60,983 nt of DNA, from the NCBI GenBank assembly GCA_964466335.1, contig CAYXSD010000003.1, positions 37,450-98,432 on the forward strand, in the 5' to 3' direction. The DNA comes from an uncultured Spirochaetales bacterium (GTDB lineage Bacteria > Spirochaetota > Spirochaetia > SPDA01 > CAYXSD01). Both the position numbers and the translations under genes were made by a program. Numbering within the stretch: the first letter of the stretch is position 1; the number at the start of each line of letters is the position of its first letter. Positions 26,963-37,521 of the stretch are shown here, one piece after another. The notes under the pieces are model-generated. The model was given only the letters and a program-made list of their open reading frames with translations. It searched no databases and was not told the origin of the DNA.

Positions 26963-27005
26963 AGTATTTCCCTTTCGTTTTCTTCCGCGATTCTTTATCT
27001 TTTCA

Positions 27006-29117
27006 TCATCGCGAAATATCAAGAAGTGTCAATTGTAACCGTTCGGTATTCTGAAAATAGTTTCTTCCCAGACGGAATACAATATCCACTTTATCTCCCA
27101 AAGAAAAATCTTTTTCCACTCTCTCAGCCCCATTCCACAGTAAGGCCGGCCATTTATACTTTCCGGTATCTACTAGAAGTTTTACATGCTGTTTTTCTGT
27201 TTTTCCGATAATGTCCAGTTGCGAAATGGTTACCTTTCTAGAGAGGAAAATCAGAGGGGTGTTTTTCTCTCCATAGGGCTCGAAGCGTTCCACGGTCTGG
27301 ATTAGTTCCGGTGTGAGGTACTTATTTGGAAGCTCAGCGTCAATTTCCAGCGGCTTTTCCTCGTAGGGTTTCGCAGTATATTCCTTCATGTAAATTTTTG
27401 TTTTTCTGTAAAAATCTTCAAGATGTTCGGGTAATAGACTGAAGCCGGCAGCAAAATCATGCCCTCCCCAGTCGATGAAGAGAGGGGAACAGTAGGACAA
27501 GTAGGGTTTAACTTCAAAATCACCTGGACTGCGCACCGAACCTACTATCTTTCCCTCAATAGTAGAGAGAACAACAGCGGCTACGTGGAATAATTTACTC
27601 AACCTGGACGCCAATATACCGGTAACCCCGCGGTTTATAACCCGATCATAGACGACCACTAGTTTTCCCTCCATCTCCCTAAAACTCTCTTTCGCCTTGT
27701 TCTGAATTGTATTCCAGGCTTCATCTCCCATTTTTTTTCTCTTGTTGTTTAGCTGAATTATTTCCTCTACCAACGGAAGACTGTCGGAGGTCGTTTCCGT
27801 AAGAAGAAGTTCTACCGCCTTGTCTGGTTGGCCCATCCTTCCTGTAGCATTGATAAGTGGTGAAATCTGCCAGGCCAGATCCGTGGTGCTGAGTTTCTTT
27901 CCCAAGAGGGACTGACGTTCGAGGAGTCCCAAAAGTCCCGGCCTTTTCGTTGTGGCAATTTCTTTCAGCCCCAGAAAGACCAATATTCTGTTTTCATCCA
28001 CTAGGGGCATCATATCGGCTATGGTTCCCAGACAGACCAGTTCCAAAAGAGGAATGAATTCCTCGTAGATAGCAGGGCTCCTACGATAAACAAAGGCATT
28101 GAAAAGATTAACAACAATATCGATTTCTTCTACAGGTTTGCTCGTGTAGCGGGCCATTCTACTTTTTCCCATTATCTGGATAATGCTCCGATTATCGAGA
28201 AATGAAAATTCCTTCCGCAGCTCCGGCGCAAGGTCCTCCAAGTGTATTTCCACGGAATCACCGAAGATCTTTCTCAGCATCTTCTCCTGCATTGGAGCAT
28301 CATAAACGTAAATAGATTGGCCCTGAATAAACGGCCATAAACGAGTCCGCTCAAGATCCACTACCCCTGGAACAAGGTTTTCAGTTATTCTTTCCATCTC
28401 CACCAGATTGACCAATTTTACCGCTTCTATGATAAACGTTTCGTTCCCAGGACGGACATTAAGAAGGCATATTGCTTGATTATACATATCAAACTCGGAG
28501 AAACGCAGGGCCCAAATTACCTTAGCAGTTACAGCGCATCCGGCTAAATCCTTAAAAGGATATCCCGAATCCTCTACTTTTGGATTTATGATGGCCTTCG
28601 CCTCGGGCAATTCCTTTCGCGGGTTGTGGTGGTCCAGGACGATGGTATCAATGCCCTTCTCGCGAGCATAAGCAATTTCTTTATACTCAGAAATTCCACA
28701 ATCTACGGTAATTATAAGGGTACAATCATTTTCAACTACTCGCTCTACATTCTCGATTGTTAATCCGTAGGGTTCATCCCCCATTGGAAGGGACCAGGAT
28801 ACCTCTAAACCTTTGGATCTCAACTCCTGAAGGAGAAGTACGGTTGCTGTAATGCCGTCCACATCACGATCTCCGAAGATATGAACCTTTTCGCCTTCTT
28901 GAACGGCCATACGTATTCGATCTACGGCGTCTTCCATTTCGACAAAGAGAAACGGATTATGAGTATAGAGAACATCTTTCTCTATGAAGTAGCACAATTC
29001 CTCCGGCTTAGTAATATTGCGGCGAGCAAGAATAGAGGCGCTTAAGAGATCGATATCGAAACGGGTGGAAAGTTCTCTTACTTGGTCATTTTCTATTTCT
29101 TTTTTTTTCCAATTCAT
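27006..29117 (-). CDS. recJ: ssDNA exonuclease RecJ with a ~140-aa insertion
   Basis: GDRDVDG, TVDCG, LDHH, LAGC, LGTIAD, PLINATGR, GSVRS, GGHDFAAG. Confidence 0.95.
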   Translation of the reverse strand: MNWKKKEIENDQVRELSTRFDIDLLSASILARRNITKPEELCYFIEKDVLYTHNPFLFVEMEDAVDRIRMAVQEGEKVHIFGDRDVDGITATVLLLQELRSKGLEVSWSLPMGDEPYGLTIENVERVVENDCTLIITVDCGISEYKEIAYAREKGIDTIVLDHHNPRKELPEAKAIINPKVEDSGYPFKDLAGCAVTAKVIWALRFSEFDMYNQAICLLNVRPGNETFIIEAVKLVNLVEMERITENLVPGVVDLERTRLWPFIQGQSIYVYDAPMQEKMLRKIFGDSVEIHLEDLAPELRKEFSFLDNRSIIQIMGKSRMARYTSKPVEEIDIVVNLFNAFVYRRSPAIYEEFIPLLELVCLGTIADMMPLVDENRILVFLGLKEIATTKRPGLLGLLERQSLLGKKLSTTDLAWQISPLINATGRMGQPDKAVELLLTETTSDSLPLVEEIIQLNNKRKKMGDEAWNTIQNKAKESFREMEGKLVVVYDRVINRGVTGILASRLSKLFHVAAVVLSTIEGKIVGSVRSPGDFEVKPYLSYCSPLFIDWGGHDFAAGFSLLPEHLEDFYRKTKIYMKEYTAKPYEEKPLEIDAELPNKYLTPELIQTVERFEPYGEKNTPLIFLSRKVTISQLDIIGKTEKQHVKLLVDTGKYKWPALLWNGAERVEKDFSLGDKVDIVFRLGRNYFQNTERLQLTLLDISR

Positions 29118-29129
29118 ACGTACTATTAT

Positions 29130-29690
29130 TTAACCGGTGGAGACATCGGTAAAGGTAATGTTCCCCCTTTCTTCATATTTGGGTCCCTTCGGTCCCAATA
29201 CTGATTGAAATAAGACCATTCGGTCAATGGTTTCCTTACCATTTAGAGGTACAGCGTATAGTTCTTTCAGCGGATATTTTTGGTCCTTAACCCGAGCCAA
29301 GGTTATGTGGGGAATGAATTTTTTTCTGTCCGGAGAAACAATTCCACGCGACAACTCAACGGCTGCCCTGTGCAGCGCGATACATTCATCCCGGCCTAAG
29401 GCCACCGGAGTGTAGAGGACCCTGGGTTTTCCCCGCAGCGGAAAAGTCGAAAGCCCGGAATAAGAGAGAAGGAATTTCGTAAAATCCTGTCTCTCTTCTC
29501 GCTCGACCATTCTCTTTTTCAACACCTCCAACTGTTCTTCATCAATTTCTCCAATGAAAAAAAGAGTAACATGAAGGGCGTCTTTGGAGACCCACTTCAA
29601 CTGAGGAAACCTTTTTCTCGCATCGCCAAGTGCTTCGTAAATTCCAAGCCGTGTGTCATGCGGGAGCGGCAGTGCATAAAACATTCTCAC
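29130..29690 (-). CDS. thpR: RNA 2',3'-cyclic phosphodiesterase (2H family)
   Basis: LHVTLFFIG and PHITLAR HxT motifs. Confidence 0.9.
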   Translation of the reverse strand: MRMFYALPLPHDTRLGIYEALGDARKRFPQLKWVSKDALHVTLFFIGEIDEEQLEVLKKRMVEREERQDFTKFLLSYSGLSTFPLRGKPRVLYTPVALGRDECIALHRAAVELSRGIVSPDRKKFIPHITLARVKDQKYPLKELYAVPLNGKETIDRMVLFQSVLGPKGPKYEERGNITFTDVSTG

Positions 29691-30442
29691 GCGAAAAGAT
29701 CTCCTGCCATAAGACTTTTTAGATTATACTCCAGATTGTCCTGGAGAAAACGCAGCAATACCCTTTTTAGCTCAAGCCGGGATTTGTTGTCCAAAGTAGT
29801 AGAGAGGGAACCCTGCAATGTGTACGATTCAATGTGGTTTAAAAAAGCCCTTCCTCCCGGCGTAATCTCTTGATATCCTTCCAAGGCACATGTACCGCAA
29901 ACGAAATTCCCCTCCCTTCTGGAGTAAAATGCCGATTCCTCTACCTTAAGGATTCTACCACAGGTCCCGCAACTGTTCAATTCTGGCTTTGTGCCGGAAT
30001 AGAGAAGAAACCGCCATACAAATTGCAGGACAAGATTATCTACACTACGTTGCTCCGCCGAATCCAAGTAATCCAAGGTTTCCTTAAGAAGGGTATAAAA
30101 GACGTTGCTCTGCTCTCCCCCTCCGTGAGATACCAGAATGGTTTCGGAAAATAAAGCTGCTCGCTGAAGTTTCTCTATTTCCCGCTTTATATTATCGTTG
30201 GAATGTATTACCTCAACATCGGTAAACTTCCAAGAATTTTTTACCGGCTCTACATAGAGGTAGGCCTTAATAAGTGTATACGGGTCCGTAGTTCCACTGA
30301 ATCTATTCCTCCCTCTATAGGCCCCGTGGGCTATCCCGCGCACAATACCCATGCCTGGTGTGAGCATGTGGACAATTTTATGCATTTCCCCCATTCGACT
30401 GTTCTTAAGCACAACTGCAGGGGTTTGGATGTTCCTTTTCAT
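29687..30442 (-). CDS. recO: DNA repair protein RecO
   Basis: N-terminal OB fold (VLK..GEMHKIV..LT..GI..IAHG) and CxxC...CxxC zinc finger. Confidence 0.92.
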   Translation of the reverse strand: MKRNIQTPAVVLKNSRMGEMHKIVHMLTPGMGIVRGIAHGAYRGRNRFSGTTDPYTLIKAYLYVEPVKNSWKFTDVEVIHSNDNIKREIEKLQRAALFSETILVSHGGGEQSNVFYTLLKETLDYLDSAEQRSVDNLVLQFVWRFLLYSGTKPELNSCGTCGRILKVEESAFYSRREGNFVCGTCALEGYQEITPGGRAFLNHIESYTLQGSLSTTLDNKSRLELKRVLLRFLQDNLEYNLKSLMAGDLFA

Positions 30443-30498
30443 TTTCTCGCCTATGGCCTCTTCTCTCCAACCGTGTCAACCGCGTCATGAATAAAAAC

Positions 30499-30528
30499 TT
30501 GACATCCCCTCTCTCGCAGACATATTTT
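30499..30528 (+). promoter_or_regulatory. Possible sigma70 promoter for lon
   Basis: TTGACA-18 bp-TATTTT. Confidence 0.45.
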
Positions 30529-30626
30529 ATACCAAACCGATATACCCGAAGGAAAATGGATAGATCAGTTGCTATTACAGTGTATTATTGTATCGGTTTG
30601 ATACTTTTTATGTAAGGATTCTTTTA

Positions 30627-32978
30627 ATGCCAAATAAACAGATAGTACCAGCAGATCAAATATTACCACAACGACTCCTCATTCTTCCTCTACAGGGAAA
30701 ACCCATCTTCCCGGGGATTTTCACTCCTCTCATGATTAATGATCAGGAGGACATGAAAATCATAGAACAGTCCATGGAGTCGGATAACTTCATTGGCCTC
30801 CTCCTCTTGAAGGACGAGGAAGGGACAGCGGAAGGAAATGACCCCGCGGCTGACCTTCATCGTATCGGGACAGCCGCTAAGATTGTAAAAAAAATTAATC
30901 TTCCCGACGGAGGATACAATATTTTTATCTCCACTTTAAAGCGATTCAGGGCGAAAAAGTTCATCCGTCAGGAAGACCGCCCAGTGGCCGCCGCTGCAGA
31001 ATATCTTGAAGACACAAACACCGACTCCGATGAAGTAAAAGCCCTTACCCGTTCTCTTATAAGTGAAATGAAACAGGTCTCCGAAAATAATCCCCTCTTT
31101 TCTGAAGAAATGCGTTTGAATATGGTCAACATCGACCATCCCGGTAAAATTGCGGATTTCATTACTTCTATTCTCAATATCAGCAGAAAGGAACAGCAGC
31201 AGATATTAGAGACCCTGGATATTCAAAAAAGGATGGAACAGGTCCTCGTTTTTATTAAAAAAGAACAGGAACTGTTAAGGATCCAAAAACGGATTCAGCA
31301 GCAGATTAATGAAAAAATAGAAAAGAGCCAGCGAGAATACTTCCTTAAGGAGGAGCTTAAGGCAATAAAACAAGAACTTGGAATGCCTGTAGACGCTAAG
31401 AGCAGCGAATACAATAGGTTCAAAGAAGAAATAGAAGCCCTTGACCTTGATGAAGATGTTAAGGAGGCAGTGGAACAAGAATTAGAAAAATTCTCCCTCA
31501 TGGACCCCAACTCCTCCGAATTCGTGGTTACCAGAAACTACTTAGACACCATTGTTTCCCTTCCATGGAAGGAACCGGACACGGAGAAATTTGAAATGGA
31601 AGAGGCAAGAAAGGCCCTGGAAGCTGACCACTACGGCATGGAGGATGTTAAAGAGCGGATTATGGAGTATTTAGCTATCCGTAAAATGAAGAAAGATACT
31701 AAAGGCTCCATAATCTGTCTCGTTGGTCCTCCAGGTGTGGGGAAGACTTCTGTGGGGAAATCGGTCGCCGGCGCATTGCATAAGAAATTCTTTCGCTTTT
31801 CGGTCGGGGGAATGCGGGATGAAGCAGAAATAAAAGGCCACCGACGAACTTATGTTGGAGCAATGCCCGGAAAGATAATTCAGGGCTTAAAGATCGTAAA
31901 AACCAAGGACCCGGTTTTTATGATCGATGAAATAGATAAACTAGGTGTCTCCTTTCAAGGTGACCCCTCCTCTGCCCTCTTAGAAGTCCTGGATCCTGAA
32001 CAGAACGTTGCATTTCGGGACCATTACCTCGATCTTCCCTTTGATATTTCCAATATCCTCTTTATTGTTACTGCCAACACCACCGATACCATTCCTATGC
32101 CGTTGCAGGACCGAATGGAGATCATAAGACTTGCCGGATATATTGATCAGGAAAAAGTAGCAATTGCCCAAAAATACCTCATACCCAAAAGTTTAAACCG
32201 AGCAGGTTTAAAAAAAGCCCAGGTCCGTTATGGAAAAAGTTCGCTTAATACCATCGCTGAACAGTACGCAAGAGAAGCGGGGGTACGTAATTTTGAAAAA
32301 GCGCTTGACAAGATAAACCGTAAAGTTGCTCGAAAGATGATTGAGCTAAAAAAGACACCTCCCTTTCCCATAAAAAAGGAAAATATTGAAGAATACCTTG
32401 GGAAACCAACATTCAGAGAGGATGATCTTAAAAGAATAACCCGTCCCGGAATGTGCATCGGCCTCGCTTACACACCCTATGGTGGAGATACCCTTATCAT
32501 TGAGGCAGTTTCCAATCCTGGCAAAGAAGGTTTTAAATTGACCGGAAATATGGGCGAGGTAATGCAAGAATCCGCGAGTATCGCCTATACGTATGCCCGC
32601 CACATAGCCGAGGAGTACAATGTAGATAAGGAGTTTTTCGAAAAAAACCACATTCATCTCCACATTCCCGAGGGAGCGACACCAAAGGACGGACCTTCGG
32701 CGGGAATCACCATGGCCATAACCTTGGTTTCACTGGCCACAGGGAAACGGGTAAAAAAGAATATTGCTCTTACCGGCGAACTTTCTCTGGTGGGCAAAGT
32801 CCTTCCCATTGGCGGGCTAAAAGAAAAGACCATTGCGGCTCGACGAAATAAGGTGAAAAAGATAGTATTGCCAAAGGCGAACTTGAAGGACCTTGAGGAG
32901 ATTCCAGACCACGTGAAAAAGGGTATAGAGTTTATTCCCGTAGAAACGATGGAGGAAGTGCTTGAAGCTGCGCTATAG
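30627..32978 (+). CDS. lon: Lon protease
   Basis: GPPGVGKT, IDEIDK, HRRTYVGAMPG, catalytic DGPSAG and KEK. ATG 30627 chosen; the ORF track extends to 30588. Confidence 0.97.
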   Translation: MPNKQIVPADQILPQRLLILPLQGKPIFPGIFTPLMINDQEDMKIIEQSMESDNFIGLLLLKDEEGTAEGNDPAADLHRIGTAAKIVKKINLPDGGYNIFISTLKRFRAKKFIRQEDRPVAAAAEYLEDTNTDSDEVKALTRSLISEMKQVSENNPLFSEEMRLNMVNIDHPGKIADFITSILNISRKEQQQILETLDIQKRMEQVLVFIKKEQELLRIQKRIQQQINEKIEKSQREYFLKEELKAIKQELGMPVDAKSSEYNRFKEEIEALDLDEDVKEAVEQELEKFSLMDPNSSEFVVTRNYLDTIVSLPWKEPDTEKFEMEEARKALEADHYGMEDVKERIMEYLAIRKMKKDTKGSIICLVGPPGVGKTSVGKSVAGALHKKFFRFSVGGMRDEAEIKGHRRTYVGAMPGKIIQGLKIVKTKDPVFMIDEIDKLGVSFQGDPSSALLEVLDPEQNVAFRDHYLDLPFDISNILFIVTANTTDTIPMPLQDRMEIIRLAGYIDQEKVAIAQKYLIPKSLNRAGLKKAQVRYGKSSLNTIAEQYAREAGVRNFEKALDKINRKVARKMIELKKTPPFPIKKENIEEYLGKPTFREDDLKRITRPGMCIGLAYTPYGGDTLIIEAVSNPGKEGFKLTGNMGEVMQESASIAYTYARHIAEEYNVDKEFFEKNHIHLHIPEGATPKDGPSAGITMAITLVSLATGKRVKKNIALTGELSLVGKVLPIGGLKEKTIAARRNKVKKIVLPKANLKDLEEIPDHVKKGIEFIPVETMEEVLEAAL

Positions 32979-32994
32979 TGCTACCGGCGGCACA

Positions 32995-33912
32995 ATGTTA
33001 CATCTTCTCCCCCCCCTAATGGGCTTTATACTCCTTTTCGGTGTACTCTTCCTCTCCTGCGCCCAGGAGGGCGTGAACCCTGGTGAACAAATGAAAAGCT
33101 CAGAAGAGACATCTTTAACAGAACAGAACGAGGAAGGAAGAGAGAAATCCGCACAGGATGATGAAGAAAAAATGAATACAATCCTTCATACCGATTTTGA
33201 CATAACGCGGGCAGCCCTGGAGGATATGATCAGCTCTCTTCCTGAAGAGATACAGGCTTCAATTTTGAAAAAACCCGAACATTTTCTTGAATGCCTTTCT
33301 AAGGCCTTGGACCTTCCCCATTACGCCACCATTCTGGTGGATAAGGAACATTCCCTATCTGAAGATTACTATCCAGAGGACCTGGTCGCTTTAAGCGAAT
33401 ACGATCTTCTACTTAATAAAAACGACCTTACTCTTCGTTCGGTTGTTTTGCCCGATCTGCTTGCTATGGTGGAAGCCGCCAGGATCGATAGTATTCAGCT
33501 CCCGCTCTCTTCTACTTTCCGTTCCTACTCTTACCAAAAGGGGCTGTGGGAGAGAAACGTCGAACAACTCGGTTTGGAACAAGCTTCCAGAGAATCCGCC
33601 CGTCCGGGGACTTCTCAACATCAGCTTGGCACAACCATAGACTTTGGAAGCATTACCGATGCCTTTGCTGATACCGAAGCAGGTCGATGGCTCGCGCATG
33701 AGGCTTGGAAGTATGGATTTTCTATGTCTTACCCAGCCGGATACGAACACCTTACTGGTTATAAGTATGAAAGTTGGCACTTTCGTTATATCACCAGATT
33801 TGGTTCCTATATTGAACATGAATTTTTTCAAGGAATACAGCAGCACTATCTACTCTTTCTTCACAACAACAGGGACCGTCTTGAAGCTGCAGTATTCTCG
33901 TGTAAGCTTTAG
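32995..33912 (+). CDS. VanY-like D,D-carboxypeptidase (M15B), lipoprotein
   Basis: Lipobox FLSC; SSTFRSY, RPGTSQHQLG..ID, YESWHFRY. Confidence 0.88.
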   Translation: MLHLLPPLMGFILLFGVLFLSCAQEGVNPGEQMKSSEETSLTEQNEEGREKSAQDDEEKMNTILHTDFDITRAALEDMISSLPEEIQASILKKPEHFLECLSKALDLPHYATILVDKEHSLSEDYYPEDLVALSEYDLLLNKNDLTLRSVVLPDLLAMVEAARIDSIQLPLSSTFRSYSYQKGLWERNVEQLGLEQASRESARPGTSQHQLGTTIDFGSITDAFADTEAGRWLAHEAWKYGFSMSYPAGYEHLTGYKYESWHFRYITRFGSYIEHEFFQGIQQHYLLFLHNNRDRLEAAVFSCKL

Positions 33913-33914
33913 CT

Positions 33915-35111
33915 ATGGAACTTCTTTCTCCCGCGGGTAACCTGGAAAAACTGCAATTTGCCTATCAATACGGTGCCGACGCCGCTTATATCGGTCTGGA
34001 AAGGTTTTCTCTTAGAGCAAAGGCGGACAATTTTTCCGAAGAAGATTACAAGCGGGTTGCCGCCCTTAAGGGAAATAAGAAACTCTACTGTGCCTTAAAT
34101 ATATTTTTCAAAGACCAGGATCTTCGAGAGTTGGAGGAGGAGTTGGATATCCTTACCCTCTATCCTTTTGATGCTTTTATTATCAGTGATCTTGGGGTCC
34201 TGCCCTTTCTGAGAAAATACTTCCCCTCTACACCTCTCCATCTTAGCACTCAGGCTAACTGTATCAACGCCGAAGCTGCCAAAATCTATGGTGACCTCGG
34301 TTTTTCCCGGATCATTCTTGGCAGAGAGATGGACTTGGATAGCATTCGATGGGTAAAGGAGAAACTACCCGACCTGGAGGTGGAGGTTTTTGTTCACGGC
34401 GCCATGTGCCTTGCTTACTCCGGACGCTGTTTTCTCAGCGCCTATACAACAGGGCGTTCCGGGAATCGTGGAGATTGCGCGCATACATGCAGATGGGAGT
34501 ACCGGGTCTTAGAAGAGAAGGAGCGTCCCGGGGAATATTTCCCCGTGGAAGTGGGGGAAAACTATACTACCCTTTTAAGCTCTAAAGACCTTTGCATGAT
34601 TGATTATATTCCTCAACTGCTGCAAGCGGGTATCGACTCCGCTAAAATAGAAGGCCGCATGAAATCCATCTATTATACAGCTGTAGTTACCCGGGCTTAT
34701 CGAAAAGCCATCGATGCGGCTAAGGGTGTCGATGTGGAAAATCTGTCGGAGTTTATCGCAGACCTCCACAGGGTAAGTCACAGGGAATACACCACGGGGT
34801 TCTTTTTTAAGGACCCGGCCGTCCACATCCCGACAGAAAAGAGTTACCTAAAAACTCACACTCTGCTCGGAACCGTTGAAGAAGAAAGCATCCCCCGAAG
34901 GTGGAAGATCAGTGTAAAGAATTCCCTCCACAGGGGCGAAAGGGTCGAATTTTTAGGGCCGGAACTTCCGATCTACATTGAAGAATGCCTCGACCTTAGG
35001 GACAAAGATGGAAATCCTGTTGATGCGGCACATCATGGAAAGGGGGAGTATTACATTCAAACGAACGCACCGATTCATCCTTTCTGTATTATAAGAAGAA
35101 ACGACGCCTGA
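33915..35111 (+). CDS. U32 family protein (TrhP-like tRNA hydroxylation)
   Basis: ELLSPAG, HLSTQ, FVHGAMCLAYSGRC, CAHTCR, KIEGRMK. Confidence 0.9.
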   Translation: MELLSPAGNLEKLQFAYQYGADAAYIGLERFSLRAKADNFSEEDYKRVAALKGNKKLYCALNIFFKDQDLRELEEELDILTLYPFDAFIISDLGVLPFLRKYFPSTPLHLSTQANCINAEAAKIYGDLGFSRIILGREMDLDSIRWVKEKLPDLEVEVFVHGAMCLAYSGRCFLSAYTTGRSGNRGDCAHTCRWEYRVLEEKERPGEYFPVEVGENYTTLLSSKDLCMIDYIPQLLQAGIDSAKIEGRMKSIYYTAVVTRAYRKAIDAAKGVDVENLSEFIADLHRVSHREYTTGFFFKDPAVHIPTEKSYLKTHTLLGTVEEESIPRRWKISVKNSLHRGERVEFLGPELPIYIEECLDLRDKDGNPVDAAHHGKGEYYIQTNAPIHPFCIIRRNDA

Positions 35112-35134
35112 ATAGCTGATTTCAGAATCAAATA

Positions 35135-35152
35135 ATTTTGAAAGAGCCTCAA
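35135..35152. repeat. Family A repeat, half copy
   Basis: ATTTTGAAAGAGCCTCAA is identical to 22761-22778. Confidence 0.7.
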
Positions 35153-35187
35153 ATAAAAAAATGAGATGCTTTTAAGAAAAACCTCAC

Positions 35188-35469
35188 CTACCAGAGTCCG
35201 AGCATGGTACCGGCACGGGTCAGAAACCAAATAAAAATGATTTCCGTAATTCCGATATAGACATAAAACCAAAGGCCTATGCTCATTCCCTCGTTTGCTA
35301 CGGTAATTGATTGGACTACTGAAACAACTAAAGCTACAATAAAACCGATTATTGACAGTATACCTAAAAATACAATTCCTTCGGCTAAGGCTATCGTAAA
35401 TAGTACGAAGGAAAACACAAAAAGTACTACCAATAGCAATAGCGATAAGATGTAACTCCTTCCATCCAT
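35188..35469 (-). CDS. Small membrane protein (about 3 TM), unknown function
   Basis: ATG at 35469 after GGAG; 93 aa, highly hydrophobic. Confidence 0.65.
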   Translation of the reverse strand: MDGRSYILSLLLLVVLFVFSFVLFTIALAEGIVFLGILSIIGFIVALVVSVVQSITVANEGMSIGLWFYVYIGITEIIFIWFLTRAGTMLGLW

Positions 35470-35585
35470 GTCGTCTTCTCCTTTGCTCTTAATTAGAACG
35501 GGTCGAGTACTCCCGCATTTCAATACAATTGTAACTTATGTTATTATCCTGTGCAATACAGTAAAAAAAAAATTAAAGCTCTTTC

Positions 35586-35623
35586 GAGGCTCTTTCAAAA
35601 TGCTAGTTTTCAGAGCCTCAATA
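35586..35623. repeat. Family A repeat, copy 2
   Basis: GAGGCTCTTTCAAAATGCTAGTTTTCAGAGCCTCAATA, 26 nt past the ilvD stop. Confidence 0.8.
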
Positions 35624-35649
35624 TTATTTCTTCTTCGTTATATGAATAA

Positions 35650-37488
35650 TCAGCTATCTGGTAGCTCCCTTACCGCTCCCTTATCGGCAGAGGAGGCAAA
35701 ATACCCAAAGGCCTTTAGGGCGACGGAAATTTTCCGTTTTCTCCCCCTGGGGGTAAATCCTTCCTTTCCCAGAGCTTCCTCCTCCTTCCTTCTGGCAGCT
35801 AGTTCTTCGTTCGAGAGGAGAACATTCATCTTTCGGTTTGGAATATCAATTTCTATAACGTCTCCATCTTTAATCAATCCTATTTCCCCTCCTGCTGCTG
35901 CCTCAGGAGAAACATGCCCAATAGAGAGACCTGAAGTACCGCCGGAAAAACGGCCGTCTGTAATTAAGGCGCATTTTTTACCAAGATTTTTGCTTTTAAG
36001 ATAGCTGGTAGGATAGAGCATCTCCTGCATACCCGGTCCGCCTTTCGGACCTTCGTAAAGAATAACCACTATATCTCCAGCGGAGACTTCTCCATTGAGA
36101 ATGCCTTCGCACGCATCATCCTGAGAGAGATACACCCGGGCTTTTCCCTGAAATTTGAGAATCGAAGGGTCCACCCCAGCAGTTTTTACTATAGAACCTC
36201 TACTTGCAATATTCCCATAAAGAACAGCTAAACCGCCGTCTTTGTAATAGGCATTTTCAAGCGACCGCAGACATCCCGTTTCTCGGTCAATATCAAGGTC
36301 TTCATATTCAACACTCTGGGAAGCCAGCACCAAATTCCTGCCCTTCGCTGCAGGAGCGCTTCTCCAGCGTTTTATAGCCTCAGGCACGACACTGGAACTT
36401 CTTATGTCCCATTTCTTAATGGCCTCTCTTAAAGTATCCCCGTCTACCCGCTGAACATCCAGACTCAGGAGATCACCTCGGGCTAACTCGCCTAAAATGG
36501 AGAGGATACCTCCCGCCCTGTTGACATCCTCAATATGGTAATGAGAACTAGGAGCCACTTTACAAATACAGGGGGTTTTTTTAGAAAGAGCATCAATATC
36601 TTCCATGGTAAAGTCCACTTCGCCTTCACGGGCAACGGCAAGGAGGTGAAGCACCGTGTTTGTAGAGCCTCCCATGGCAATATCCAAAGACATGGCGTTA
36701 AGAAAGGCCTTCCGGGAGGCGATAGATCGGGGGAGAACCGAAATATCACCTTTTTCATAATAATCGAAGGCCATTTCAACTATTCGCTCAGCTGCTTCTT
36801 GGAACAAACCCTCCCTGTTTTTGTGAGTTGCAACAATCGTACCGTTTCCCGGCAAAGACATTCCCAATGCTTCTGTTAGACAGTTCATCGAATTCGCCGT
36901 GAACATGCCGGAACAACTGCCGCAAGTTGGGCAGGCAGACCGTTCTAGCCGGTCAATGTCTGCATCGGAAACCGATTCGTCTCCCGCCTGTATAATGGCA
37001 TCGATAAGGTCATACTTGTTCTCTCCCACCACTCCGGCCTCCATAGGCCCTCCGGAAACAAAAATTGCCGGAATATTAAGCCGCATGGCAGCCATGAGCA
37101 TCCCCGGAGTTATTTTATCACAGTTGCTTATACAGATCAGAGCGTCCACATAATGCGCATTGGCCATGTACTCTACGGAATCGGCAATCAGTTCCCTGGA
37201 AGGAAGAGAATACAGCATCCCCTCATGACCCATAGCAATACCATCGTCAATAGCAATGGTATTAAACTCCGCGGCAAAACATCCTTTACTTTGGATGATT
37301 GATTTTACCTTTTGCCCAATCTCATGCAGGTGAACGTGCCCGGGGACGAACTGGGTAAAGGAATTGGCAATGCCGACAATAGGTTTTCCGAACTGCTTAT
37401 CTACTACACCATTTGCTCTCCAGAGACTTCTGGCCGCGGCCATTCTCCGACCCTCTGTGGAAATACTACTTCTTAGGGGTATTTTCAT
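35650..37488 (-). CDS. ilvD: Dihydroxy-acid dehydratase
   Basis: [58 protein letters not shown] at 37488 after AGGAG. Confidence 0.97.
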   Translation of the reverse strand: MKIPLRSSISTEGRRMAAARSLWRANGVVDKQFGKPIVGIANSFTQFVPGHVHLHEIGQKVKSIIQSKGCFAAEFNTIAIDDGIAMGHEGMLYSLPSRELIADSVEYMANAHYVDALICISNCDKITPGMLMAAMRLNIPAIFVSGGPMEAGVVGENKYDLIDAIIQAGDESVSDADIDRLERSACPTCGSCSGMFTANSMNCLTEALGMSLPGNGTIVATHKNREGLFQEAAERIVEMAFDYYEKGDISVLPRSIASRKAFLNAMSLDIAMGGSTNTVLHLLAVAREGEVDFTMEDIDALSKKTPCICKVAPSSHYHIEDVNRAGGILSILGELARGDLLSLDVQRVDGDTLREAIKKWDIRSSSVVPEAIKRWRSAPAAKGRNLVLASQSVEYEDLDIDRETGCLRSLENAYYKDGGLAVLYGNIASRGSIVKTAGVDPSILKFQGKARVYLSQDDACEGILNGEVSAGDIVVILYEGPKGGPGMQEMLYPTSYLKSKNLGKKCALITDGRFSGGTSGLSIGHVSPEAAAGGEIGLIKDGDVIEIDIPNRKMNVLLSNEELAARRKEEEALGKEGFTPRGRKRKISVALKAFGYFASSADKGAVRELPDS

Positions 37489-37521
37489 TAGCTCCTTCCT
37501 TTTGTGCAAAGTATGCGCATG

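Noticed and set aside
30536-30543. ACCGATAT upstream of lon as a sigma28 -10
   Set aside because: No TAAA or TCAA at the proper spacing.
35499-35525. CGGGTCGA..ATTTCA as a third copy of the 62-bp element
   Set aside because: Spacing differs and the other conserved blocks are missing; too weak to count.
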